Below, piece by piece: positions 1 to 8,932 of a stretch of 64,000 bases of DNA. The position numbers and the translations under genes were made by a program. Within the stretch, counting starts at the first letter, position 1; every line of letters starts with the position of its first letter. Below the pieces are notes generated by a model, which was given only the letters and a program-made list of their open reading frames with translations, did no database searches and was not told where the DNA came from. The stretch is from assembly GCA_048571215.1 (NCBI GenBank), contig CP182352.1, forward strand, positions 608,001 to 672,000, in the 5' to 3' direction. The stretch is from Halarcobacter sp. Lineage in GTDB: Bacteria > Campylobacterota > Campylobacteria > Campylobacterales > Arcobacteraceae.

Positions 1-142
1 AATAACTGTTTAAATCCAATTTTCAACTTATCGAATAGGCTTGAAATTTGCTCTGTCTGGTAGATTTATTTGAAGGGTTTACAGATGGAAATTTTAAATA
101 AAGAACTATGTAGATAAATAAAAAAGATAAAGAGTACTCTCC

Positions 143-283
143 TATGATGCACCTTTTTTTCAAGAAAAGTAAACTAGTTTGTATGAAGTCCTTTTGTAAC
201 TCCGTACTTACTAAAAGAGATGTTGTTTAGATAAAAGTCTACCAAATTCTTTTTTATTGGTCTTGAAAAAAAGGTGCATTATA
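143..283. repeat. 23-bp inverted repeat (143-165 / 261-283, 1 mismatch) with 95-bp spacer
   Basis: TATGATGCACCTTTTTTTCAAGA at 143 versus TCTTGAAAAAAAGGTGCATTATA at 261; the right arm lies in the last codons of the 617-aa ORF. Confidence 0.7.
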
Positions 284-2107
284 ATTTAAAAATTCCATGA
301 TTCCAACACTTTTAAAAAGTAAATGGGTATTCATAGCAGATAATTCTTTTTTCTTTAAAGTATTTAAATCTGCTAACAGCCTTTTTTTGTCAAATAGTTC
401 AATGTCTATTAAATCAGTTTTAAAATCATTTATTATACTCTCAATTTCAGGGATATCTTTCTGTATTCTATCTATGATATCTGCACTTTGTAAACCTTTG
501 TTTTTTTGATGTAAAACTTTATCTGGTAATCTATCTTTCATCAAATGTTTGATTATATTTTTCTCTTTATTCTCTTTAGAAATATATAGTTCATTTGGAA
601 GTTTTAACATATATTCTATTACTCTTTTATCTCCTGTAGGATCAGCTAAATTTATATTAAAATACTGTGATGCATTTGCACCAAATTCACATCTTTTATT
701 AAAACCTAACATTAGAATTTTTTTCATCAACTCTTTTTCATCATCTTTTGTAAAATAAAAAGAAAAGTCTTCATTTCTTTTTGATTTTTTTATTAACTGT
801 TTTATTTGTATATCTAAAGAAGGGTTTAAATAACTATAGTCACTCCACATAGTTTTTTTTAACATATTTGTAAAAGGTTTATAATATCTTGAATAAATAG
901 GTCTTAATAGTTTATTTTTGATTAAAGATTTAAGCCCATAGATTTCATATAATTTATCTGAGTCTAAAAGATAATTTATACCTGTGTAAGATGTCGTTGC
1001 ATTACCTGTTTCTCCACTAAGTAAAACTTCATGACTATTTTTTGAAACCTGACTATAAATATCCATTAACCAGTATGCATTAATGGTTGCATGAATTGGT
1101 TCATTAAAAACTTCAAGTGATAAACGCAATCCCTCAAGTGGCGTTAATTGTGCTGAATTTAAAAAGTGTGCATCTATATTCCCACATTTTTCTATAACAG
1201 CTTTCATATTAGCACTTTCATCACCATTTCTATCTCCAATTAGATCTTGTCTTATATTATATTGTGGTACATGGGAATATGTATGTAAAGTTTGATTCTC
1301 TTTTTTTAATAATTCACTAGCAACAGTGGAAACACTAGTACTATCTAATCCTCCACTTAACATAGAAGCTATTGGCTTATCACTTTGAATTCTACACCTT
1401 ACTGCTTCTGTAAATATCTCATTTAGCTCTTCAATAGCTTGATTTAAAGTTATACTATAATCAACTTTTATTTTTTCAGGGAACCAATATCTCTCTTTTT
1501 TTATCTCTTTTTTATTTAACCAAGCTCTATGAGCTGGATTTAGTACTTTTAAATTTTTGTAAAAAGTTGAGTCATCTTCAGATAAATAGACTATAGCATC
1601 TCTTCCAATTGCCTTTTCAATATCAATTGTCAAATCTATAAAAGGTATTTTTTTTATTAGCCTAATACTTGTAGAAACAATAATATAATCTGAATCAACA
1701 TAATAGTAAACAGCAGTATATCCATGATGATCTTGTGCTATAAAATATTCCTCTTTTTCAAAGTCATATATTAGTAAAGACCAATCTCCTATTATCTTAT
1801 CTACACACTCTTGTCCATATTTTAAATAAAGTTCCAAAATAAGTTTAGTATTGTCAATATCTATGCAAGAATTATGATTTATGTATTTTTTTAATTCTTT
1901 TTTATTGTATATTCTTCCATTAAAAATTATAGATATCTTTTTTGATTGTGATTTATATGTTTGAATATTGTTTATATTTGAATTGGATAAAATTAAATGA
2001 TTTTTTTCAAATAGAGAATGATTATATGAAAATGTATGAGAAAAACCTTTTAGGTCATCTTTTATAAATTGTTTTTTTAAACTTAGTATTGATAGAAAAC
2101 TGTGCAT
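254..2107 (-). CDS. Asparagine synthetase-like ATP pyrophosphatase / amide ligase (AsnB or lasso-cyclase-like fold)
   Basis: FNGRIYN and GDWSL in a degenerate Ntn domain, SGGLDS PP-loop, VLLSGE motif; no N-terminal catalytic Cys. Confidence 0.8.
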   Translation of the reverse strand: MHSFLSILSLKKQFIKDDLKGFSHTFSYNHSLFEKNHLILSNSNINNIQTYKSQSKKISIIFNGRIYNKKELKKYINHNSCIDIDNTKLILELYLKYGQECVDKIIGDWSLLIYDFEKEEYFIAQDHHGYTAVYYYVDSDYIIVSTSIRLIKKIPFIDLTIDIEKAIGRDAIVYLSEDDSTFYKNLKVLNPAHRAWLNKKEIKKERYWFPEKIKVDYSITLNQAIEELNEIFTEAVRCRIQSDKPIASMLSGGLDSTSVSTVASELLKKENQTLHTYSHVPQYNIRQDLIGDRNGDESANMKAVIEKCGNIDAHFLNSAQLTPLEGLRLSLEVFNEPIHATINAYWLMDIYSQVSKNSHEVLLSGETGNATTSYTGINYLLDSDKLYEIYGLKSLIKNKLLRPIYSRYYKPFTNMLKKTMWSDYSYLNPSLDIQIKQLIKKSKRNEDFSFYFTKDDEKELMKKILMLGFNKRCEFGANASQYFNINLADPTGDKRVIEYMLKLPNELYISKENKEKNIIKHLMKDRLPDKVLHQKNKGLQSADIIDRIQKDIPEIESIINDFKTDLIDIELFDKKRLLADLNTLKKKELSAMNTHLLFKSVGIMEFLNYNAPFFQDQ

Positions 2108-2345
2108 TATTTTTATTCTTTAAATTTTATTTGTGTGATTCTATCGTATTCAAGTTAATCTTAGACTAAATCATCTAATTATAATTAAAGTGAGGTTATG
2201 TCATATATTTTTCATCTTTTGGTAGAAATATTAATATTGTTTTTTGTTTGAATAAATGTATATATATTATATAGTTTCAATTATTTAACTGCTATTAACC
2301 AAATATTGTATAGAATAATCTAAATTAATAAAAAGAAAAATTATA

Positions 2346-3935
2346 ATGAATAGTTTCTTAGAAAAAAATTTTGATGAGATTGTAAGGGCATCATTTCTTC
2401 TTTCTCCTCAAGCAATTTATTGGTTAAATAAAGATGGTAAACTTCTTTTTGCAAATGATAATGCTTTAAATAGATTAGATTATACTTTGGAAGAGCTTCA
2501 AAATCTAAATCTTTGGGATGTTGATGTTACTGTTGATACAAAAGAGAAATACCTACAAGCTCTTGATAGTTTTGAAAAGGGGCAGATACTTGAATCAAAT
2601 GTAATTCAAACTTACCATAGAAAAAAAAACAATGAAACTTTTCCTGTTGAGGTTGTATCAAGATTTCATAAAATAGATTCAGAAGAATATATAGTATCTT
2701 ATGCAAAAGATATTACAAATAGAGTTCAACGAACAGAAAAAATAAATCTTTATTTTGAACTTATAAACTCTTCAAAAGATATGATTTTTTTAGTTGACTT
2801 AGAAACTGAAAGAATAGAGTTTGCAAATGATATTGTATGTGAAAGTTTAGGGTTTAGTTTTAAAGAACTAAATAAGATGAAGGTTTCTGATATTAGAAAA
2901 CCTGTAGAGGGTGAAAAAAAAATAAAGATATCTGAAGTTTTTGATAAACTAAAAGAGAGTAAAAACTTAATCACCCAAGGAATTTATATTACAAAAGATG
3001 GTAAAGAGATACCTGTAGAAACCTCTGTACATCTTAAAAACTATTTAGGTAGAAGTTTTGTTATTGCTATTTCTAGAGATATTAGTGAAAGAATTGAAAT
3101 AGAAAAAAAACAAATAGATTTAAATAAAAAGTTAAAAGAGTATAATCAAAATTTAGAAGAAGAGGTTAGAAAGTTTCAAAAAGAGTTGATTGATTATGAA
3201 GATATTATGAAAAAACAGTCAAAAATGGCAGCAATGGGAGAGATGATAGAAAATATCGCCCATCAATGGAGACAACCCTTATCTGCTGTATCTGTATTAT
3301 CAAGTGGTATGATGTTGCAAAACCAAGAAAATATTCTTGATAAAGAAACTCTAACTTCAAATTTAAATAAGATACATGAACAGGTTCAATATCTTTCTAA
3401 AACAATTGATGACTTTAGAAATTTTTTTAAACCTGATAAAGAAAAGAATAGCTTTAAAGTGAAGGATTTAATAAAAAATAGTATTAAACTTATTAAGTCA
3501 AGATATAATAATATTCCAATTCTATTTATTGAAGATATTGAAGATAATGAACTTTTTACTTATGAAAATGAACTTTTACAAGTTATACTAAATATTATAA
3601 ATAACTCAGTTGATGAACTTATTAATAAAGAGTGTAAAAGATTAATTTTTATTAACTCTTATAAAAAACATAATTATTTGATAATTAAGATAAAAGATAA
3701 TGGTGGTGGTATTGATGAGAAGATTATTGATAGAATTTTTGAACCATATTTTACGACAAAACACAATTATCAGGGAACAGGGATAGGTCTTTATATGTCA
3801 AACAATATTATAAGACATCTACATGGAAAAATAGAAGTAAAAAATATTATTACAAAACATGATGATATTGTTTATAAGGGTGCATCTTTTAAAATAAAAT
3901 TACCCTTGAGTTTTACAAAGGATAAATATGAATGA
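2346..3935 (+). CDS. Cytoplasmic PAS-PAS sensor histidine kinase
   Basis: Two PAS repeats (FPVEV/IPVET), H-box IAHQWRQPL, G boxes DNGGG and GTGIGL. Confidence 0.92.
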   Translation: MNSFLEKNFDEIVRASFLLSPQAIYWLNKDGKLLFANDNALNRLDYTLEELQNLNLWDVDVTVDTKEKYLQALDSFEKGQILESNVIQTYHRKKNNETFPVEVVSRFHKIDSEEYIVSYAKDITNRVQRTEKINLYFELINSSKDMIFLVDLETERIEFANDIVCESLGFSFKELNKMKVSDIRKPVEGEKKIKISEVFDKLKESKNLITQGIYITKDGKEIPVETSVHLKNYLGRSFVIAISRDISERIEIEKKQIDLNKKLKEYNQNLEEEVRKFQKELIDYEDIMKKQSKMAAMGEMIENIAHQWRQPLSAVSVLSSGMMLQNQENILDKETLTSNLNKIHEQVQYLSKTIDDFRNFFKPDKEKNSFKVKDLIKNSIKLIKSRYNNIPILFIEDIEDNELFTYENELLQVILNIINNSVDELINKECKRLIFINSYKKHNYLIIKIKDNGGGIDEKIIDRIFEPYFTTKHNYQGTGIGLYMSNNIIRHLHGKIEVKNIITKHDDIVYKGASFKIKLPLSFTKDKYE

Positions 3936-4467
3936 TAGATTACATGAAATTCTTGCTGAGGTTGGTGTAATACATAAAACTTTAATAAATGATGGAAAAA
4001 TTGAAGATATTGAGTATGTTTTAGAATATATAGAAACTTATGATGATGATATTAAATCTCACTATTTAACTCTTCTTTTGCAATATTATTTCCAACAAAA
4101 TAGTATTGATAATGTAAAAGAGTTATTATTGCTTGGTTACAAGTTTGATATGCGAATGGAAGATATAAAAGAGGCATTTATCCATATAACAACAAATAAA
4201 GAAAATGTAATACAATTACTTGAAGATAATGTAGTGTTTTTTAAAGATACTAACTATGAAGAGCCTTTAAAAGTGATGTATGAATATTATATGAATGGTG
4301 ATGAAGATTTAAAAGTGATTTTGGAAGAGACAGTTGAGTTAATAAAAAGAAATAGATATGTATGTGCATATGCATACAAAAATAGAAATTTTGAGTTTGC
4401 AGAGTTTTTTCTAAATGAAGATCTATTAGAGTCTTTGCAAAGAGATCTACCATACCTTTTAAAATAA
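3928..4467 (+). CDS. Hypothetical acidic protein, overlapping the end of the kinase
   Basis: 179-aa ORF with host-like codon usage, overlaps upstream stop. Confidence 0.7.
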   Translation: MNDRLHEILAEVGVIHKTLINDGKIEDIEYVLEYIETYDDDIKSHYLTLLLQYYFQQNSIDNVKELLLLGYKFDMRMEDIKEAFIHITTNKENVIQLLEDNVVFFKDTNYEEPLKVMYEYYMNGDEDLKVILEETVELIKRNRYVCAYAYKNRNFEFAEFFLNEDLLESLQRDLPYLLK

Positions 4468-4476
4468 GAGATAAGT

Positions 4477-5352
4477 ATTAAAAAGTTTAGAAAAGTTCAT
4501 GTTGAGATTACAAATATATGTAATTTAGAGTGTAGTTTCTGCCCTAGCAAAATATTGCCAAATGAAACTATGCACTTAAAAGATTTTGAAAAGTTAAATA
4601 CGCAATTAAAAGCAGTAACAAAAGAGTTAGCCTATCATGTTGTTGGTGATCCTTTAGTTTTATCAAATTTAGATAAATATTTAGATATTAGTTTGGAGAA
4701 TAATTTAAAAGTAAACCTAACAACGGCTGCTTATAATTTATCTAAAAATAGTTTTGAAACCCTTATGCATAAAACAATCAAGCAAATCAATTTTTCACTT
4801 AACTCTTACAATGCAAATACCCATAAAATATCCCTTCAAGAGTATTTAAAACCTATTTTTGATTTTTGTGAGTATGCAATAAACAAAAAACAACACTTTT
4901 TTATCAATCTTAGAATTTGGAATCTAGATGAATCAAAAAGTGCAAAAGAGTTCAACAAAGAGGTATTTGAAACTGCAAATAAAAGGTTTGGTAGTAATAT
5001 TGATTTAGAAAAAGTTTATGAAAATAAACCAAAAAATATAAAGATAGCAAGAATGATATTTTTCAATTTTGATGATTATTTTTTTTGGCCTAGTTTAAAT
5101 AATGAACTTGTATCAAAAGAGGGGTTTTGTTATGGTCTTGATTCCCATTTTTCAGTCTTAAGTGGGGGTAGGGTAGTTCCTTGTTGCTTAGATAAAGATG
5201 GTATTATAAATCTAGGAAATATAAATGAACAAGATTTAACACAGATTTTAAATTCAAAAAAAGTATTAGATATACAAAAAGGGTTTAAAAATAATATTTT
5301 ATTAGAAGAACTTTGCCAAAAGTGTGAGTATCGAACCCGTTTTGATAAGTAG
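4477..5352 (+). CDS. Radical SAM/SPASM-type protein; true start upstream of the ORF-track call (probable ATT start)
   Basis: In-frame extension KKFRKVHVEITNICNLECSFCP carries the CxxxCxxC motif upstream of 4555; C-terminal CYG...VPCC...CQKC. Confidence 0.8.
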   Translation: MKKFRKVHVEITNICNLECSFCPSKILPNETMHLKDFEKLNTQLKAVTKELAYHVVGDPLVLSNLDKYLDISLENNLKVNLTTAAYNLSKNSFETLMHKTIKQINFSLNSYNANTHKISLQEYLKPIFDFCEYAINKKQHFFINLRIWNLDESKSAKEFNKEVFETANKRFGSNIDLEKVYENKPKNIKIARMIFFNFDDYFFWPSLNNELVSKEGFCYGLDSHFSVLSGGRVVPCCLDKDGIINLGNINEQDLTQILNSKKVLDIQKGFKNNILLEELCQKCEYRTRFDK

Positions 5353-5415
5353 TTTTTAGATAAAATTGCTAATCTTATTTTAAATTAAAATATAAATTCT
5401 ATAGGAAATAAAAAA

Positions 5416-6246
5416 ATGAAAGATATGTTAGAGGGACAAATTATAAGTTTAAGTATAAGAGATTTTTTTACTAAACAGATGTTAAAAATAGCAATATTAC
5501 CATTGATTCTTACTATGTTAGTTATGCTTATATTTTTTTATACAGCAGCTGATTATGGTTTTCAAGCCCTACAACAATTTATGGAAGCTTCACAAAATGG
5601 TCAAGAAGCACAAATAGACCCAAATGCACCTTTTTATTTTATATGGCTTATGTATGTGATGGCATTTTTGTTTAAATACTCTATAACCTCTTGGTTGGTT
5701 GGATTTTTATTTTATACTGTTGGTACATTGTTTGTGATGATGTTTTCAGTTTTTTTAACTTTGATTATTATTGGTTTTTTAACTCCAATGATTTTAAATA
5801 TTATCCATAAAAGACACTATAGTGATATGAAGATAAATGGTTTTGCAACACTTATGAGCCCTTTATGGATACTACTTAGAAGCTCTTTGATTATGATTTT
5901 TCTTTTTATTTTATTTATCCCTTTGTATTTTATTCCTGTGATTAATCTATTTGCGATAAACTTTCCATTTTATTACTTTTTTCACAAGATGTTAACTTAT
6001 GATGTGGCTTCAACTATATTAACTGAGTCTGAGTATAAAACAATACAAAATAAAAAAGCGATGAGTTTTAGATTTAGGACTTTGTTTTTATATATCCTAT
6101 CTATGATCCCTTCAATTACTCTATTTACGGCAGTGTTTTTTATAATTTATCTTGGACATGGGTATTTTCAAGAGTTGAAAAAAATAAAAAGTTTTGAAAA
6201 AGATATAACTGATACAAAAGAGGATACAAAACTATTACAAGACTAG
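5416..6246 (+). CDS. EI24/CysZ-like membrane protein
   Basis: Multiple TM segments, size and pattern of Campylobacterota EI24-domain proteins. Confidence 0.6.
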   Translation: MKDMLEGQIISLSIRDFFTKQMLKIAILPLILTMLVMLIFFYTAADYGFQALQQFMEASQNGQEAQIDPNAPFYFIWLMYVMAFLFKYSITSWLVGFLFYTVGTLFVMMFSVFLTLIIIGFLTPMILNIIHKRHYSDMKINGFATLMSPLWILLRSSLIMIFLFILFIPLYFIPVINLFAINFPFYYFFHKMLTYDVASTILTESEYKTIQNKKAMSFRFRTLFLYILSMIPSITLFTAVFFIIYLGHGYFQELKKIKSFEKDITDTKEDTKLLQD

Positions 6247-6918
6247 TCTGTACCCTGTTCCTTGTACATTTTTAAGTACATTTTCTGGAAGTTTTTTTCT
6301 AAAGTTTTTGATAAATAATCTCATTGCATTTGGTGTCATGACATTATCTTCATTCCAAATGATATTTTCCATCTCTTCATAGGTGATGATTCTATTTTTT
6401 TGAATAAGTAGTTTTAAAAATTGGTTCTCTTTTTTTGTTAACTTAAACTCTTCATTTGGTGATTGAACAAAAGATTTACTCTCATCAAAAAGCCACCCTT
6501 CACATAGATTATAAACTCTAGCATTTTCATAACTTTTTATAAAGGCATGAAGTGATTCTATCAAACTTGCATCAGTTATAGGTTTAACAATATATTTTAC
6601 TAAGTGTAGTTCTGTCGCATCAAGCATATAGTCCAAATCGGTATATGCTGAGGTTATTATAACTCTTACTTTTGCATCAACTTTTCTAATTTTTTTGATA
6701 AGTTCAATACCTGTTTCATTAGGCATTTTTATATCTGTTATTATTAAGTCAGGTTTATTTAATTCATAAATATTATAGGCTTCTTTTGTATTTTTAGCTA
6801 CAAAAGTTTCTTTAAAAAGGTCTTTTAATATTTCATATATATTATTTCTTATCCCCTCTTCATCTTCAACATATAAAACTGTAAAGGTACTCAATCTTGA
6901 GATTAGTTCTTTATCCAT
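6235..6918 (-). CDS. OmpR-family response regulator
   Basis: LYVEDE, DIKMP, KP in REC domain; winged-helix C-terminus ending GTGYRL. Confidence 0.93.
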   Translation of the reverse strand: MDKELISRLSTFTVLYVEDEEGIRNNIYEILKDLFKETFVAKNTKEAYNIYELNKPDLIITDIKMPNETGIELIKKIRKVDAKVRVIITSAYTDLDYMLDATELHLVKYIVKPITDASLIESLHAFIKSYENARVYNLCEGWLFDESKSFVQSPNEEFKLTKKENQFLKLLIQKNRIITYEEMENIIWNEDNVMTPNAMRLFIKNFRKKLPENVLKNVQGTGYRLVL

Positions 6919-6976
6919 ATCAAACCTTATTATAAAAGATATGTTATCATATCAAAAATATGTTTAGGGAATTCAA

Positions 6977-8530
6977 TTGAAGTTTATTACTGAGAAAAAT
7001 TTATCAAAAATTATTATTTATATCTTTATTATCATTATGACAAGTATGATTATGATGATTTCTTATTTTTATGTGAAAAATACCTATGAAGAATTTGACA
7101 ATGAGATGGATAAATATGTACAAGAACATTATAGGAGTCAAAAGGTTGCTTTGAAAAAAGAGATTGATACTATTATCGATGTTATAAAATATAATGCAAC
7201 AAAAAATGATGAGAGTGAAAGTTTTTTAAAAGAAGATACTATTAGACTTCTAAATAATATCTCCTTTGATAGATATAGAAGTAATTATATTTTTGTATAT
7301 GATATAAAGAAGTTAGAGGGTGGAGATGATTTTGCTATTCTTTTAGTAAATCCAAATAGACTTGATTTGGTAGGAAAACTAATCTCTACAAACTATAAAG
7401 ATTCAAATGGAAAAAAATTTAGAGAAGAGTTTATGAAAGATATTAGAGAAAAGGGTGAGTCTTATACGGAGTACTCTTATAGAAAACTTGATACAGATAT
7501 TCCAAAACAAAAACTTTCATATTTTAAATATTTTCCAAGATGGAATTGGGTTATTGCAGTAGGGGTATATGTAGATGATATAGAAAAAGAGATTGAAAAA
7601 AACAGAGAAAATCTTCAAAGAAGAATTCAAAATCAAGTGATACAAAATATACTTTTATTTTTATTGTTTTTATCTTTTGCCATAGTGATTTCTATTTTGG
7701 TATCACAAAAAATCGATGATGTTCTAAAGTCTTATCAAAGAAGAGTTTATTCTAAATCAAAAGCATTAAAAGAGTTAAATGGAAGCTTAGAAAAAAAGGT
7801 AAAAGAGGAGATAGAAAAAAATAGAGAACATGAACAACTACTTGTTCAAAAATCTAAATTTATAGCATTAGGTGAGATGATTTCAAACATTGCTCACCAA
7901 TGGAGACAACCCTTATCGGAGTTATCTTCAATAATGATGTTTATAAAATTTAAATATGAAATGGGAAAACTAAATGACGAGATAATGGAGAAAAAAGCAA
8001 AAGAAGCTGAGTCCGTTTTAGATTTTATGTCCCATACCATTGATGATTTTAGAAACTTTTTTATACCAAAAAAAGAAAAAGAGAAGTTTACTTTAATCTC
8101 AGCTTTAGATTCAGTGATAACAATTGTTTCAAGCTCTTTGATAAATAATCAAATCAATCTTACAGTTTGTGTTGATGATAAAATTGAACTAAATACTTAT
8201 TTAAATGAGTTTCAACAAGTTATGTTAAATATAATCAAAAATGCAAAAGATGTTTTGATAGAAAAAAATATAAAAAATCCATGGATTAAAATATATACAG
8301 AGCTTCAAAAGGATTCTATTGTGCTTTTTGTAGAAGATAATGGTGGTGGAATAGTAGTTGAACCAAAGAGTAAAATATTTGAACCATATTTTACAACTAA
8401 AAAAGATAGTGATGGAACAGGAATAGGGCTTTATATGTCAAAAATCATTGTCGACAAAAATATGAATGGAAGATTAAAAGTTACTAATGCCCAAGAGGGT
8501 GCAAAATTTGAGATAATTTTGCCTAAATAG
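6977..8530 (+). CDS. Cache-domain membrane sensor histidine kinase
   Basis: Two TMs around an sCache_2-like region (WNWVIAVGVYVDDI), IAHQWRQPL, GTGIGL. Confidence 0.92.
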   Translation: MKFITEKNLSKIIIYIFIIIMTSMIMMISYFYVKNTYEEFDNEMDKYVQEHYRSQKVALKKEIDTIIDVIKYNATKNDESESFLKEDTIRLLNNISFDRYRSNYIFVYDIKKLEGGDDFAILLVNPNRLDLVGKLISTNYKDSNGKKFREEFMKDIREKGESYTEYSYRKLDTDIPKQKLSYFKYFPRWNWVIAVGVYVDDIEKEIEKNRENLQRRIQNQVIQNILLFLLFLSFAIVISILVSQKIDDVLKSYQRRVYSKSKALKELNGSLEKKVKEEIEKNREHEQLLVQKSKFIALGEMISNIAHQWRQPLSELSSIMMFIKFKYEMGKLNDEIMEKKAKEAESVLDFMSHTIDDFRNFFIPKKEKEKFTLISALDSVITIVSSSLINNQINLTVCVDDKIELNTYLNEFQQVMLNIIKNAKDVLIEKNIKNPWIKIYTELQKDSIVLFVEDNGGGIVVEPKSKIFEPYFTTKKDSDGTGIGLYMSKIIVDKNMNGRLKVTNAQEGAKFEIILPK

Positions 8531-8738
8531 CTACTTTTTTATCTTTTTTTTCTTTTTTTGCTGGTTGATATAACATATGATGCCATAAAGAGAAACCACA
8601 TAGAGCTACTCCTGCACCAATATGAACATTTTTTGCTAATTTGTTTTTCATAAACATTGATGTTACAACTGTAGCACCTAATGTTGCAGTCATTCCAATT
8701 TTTGCTATCTCTTTTTGTACTTCTAAATCAACATTCAT
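8523..8738 (-). CDS. Small 2-TM protein with HxxxG...WHH motif (fez-cluster accessory type)
   Basis: 71 aa, HIGAGVALCGFSLWHH; downstream of Fur boxes. Confidence 0.7.
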   Translation of the reverse strand: MNVDLEVQKEIAKIGMTATLGATVVTSMFMKNKLAKNVHIGAGVALCGFSLWHHMLYQPAKKEKKDKKVAI

Positions 8739-8848
8739 TGTTTCTCTTTCCTTTTTCTTCTTTTTTCCATTTTTCTTGCAGTTGTATTTAATGTTTTAAC
8801 TGTTAATGCAGTGGTTAAAACTGCTGCTAAAGGTAAAAGTAATGGCAT
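8735..8848 (-). CDS. Unannotated 37-aa peptide MPLLLPLAAVLTTALTVKTLNTTARKMEKRRKRKEKQ
   Basis: AAGGA RBS, ATGA overlap with next gene, hydrophobic N-half and basic tail. Confidence 0.7.
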   Translation of the reverse strand: MPLLLPLAAVLTTALTVKTLNTTARKMEKRRKRKEKQ

Positions 8849-8861
8849 GTTAAATCCTTAT

Positions 8862-8922
8862 TGATAATTATTATTAAAATATTATCATTAGTTAGCTAAA
8901 ACTAAACTGATAATTATTATCA
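8862..8922. promoter_or_regulatory. Two Fur boxes (8862-8876 and perfect 8908-8922)
   Basis: 7-1-7 palindromes TGATAAT-T-ATTATTA and TGATAAT-T-ATTATCA. Confidence 0.8.
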
Positions 8923-8932
8923 TATAATGCAA

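Noticed and set aside
254..2345. Lasso peptide biosynthetic cluster
   Set aside because: No precursor, leader peptidase or RRE gene is visible in the window; only the cyclase-like fold
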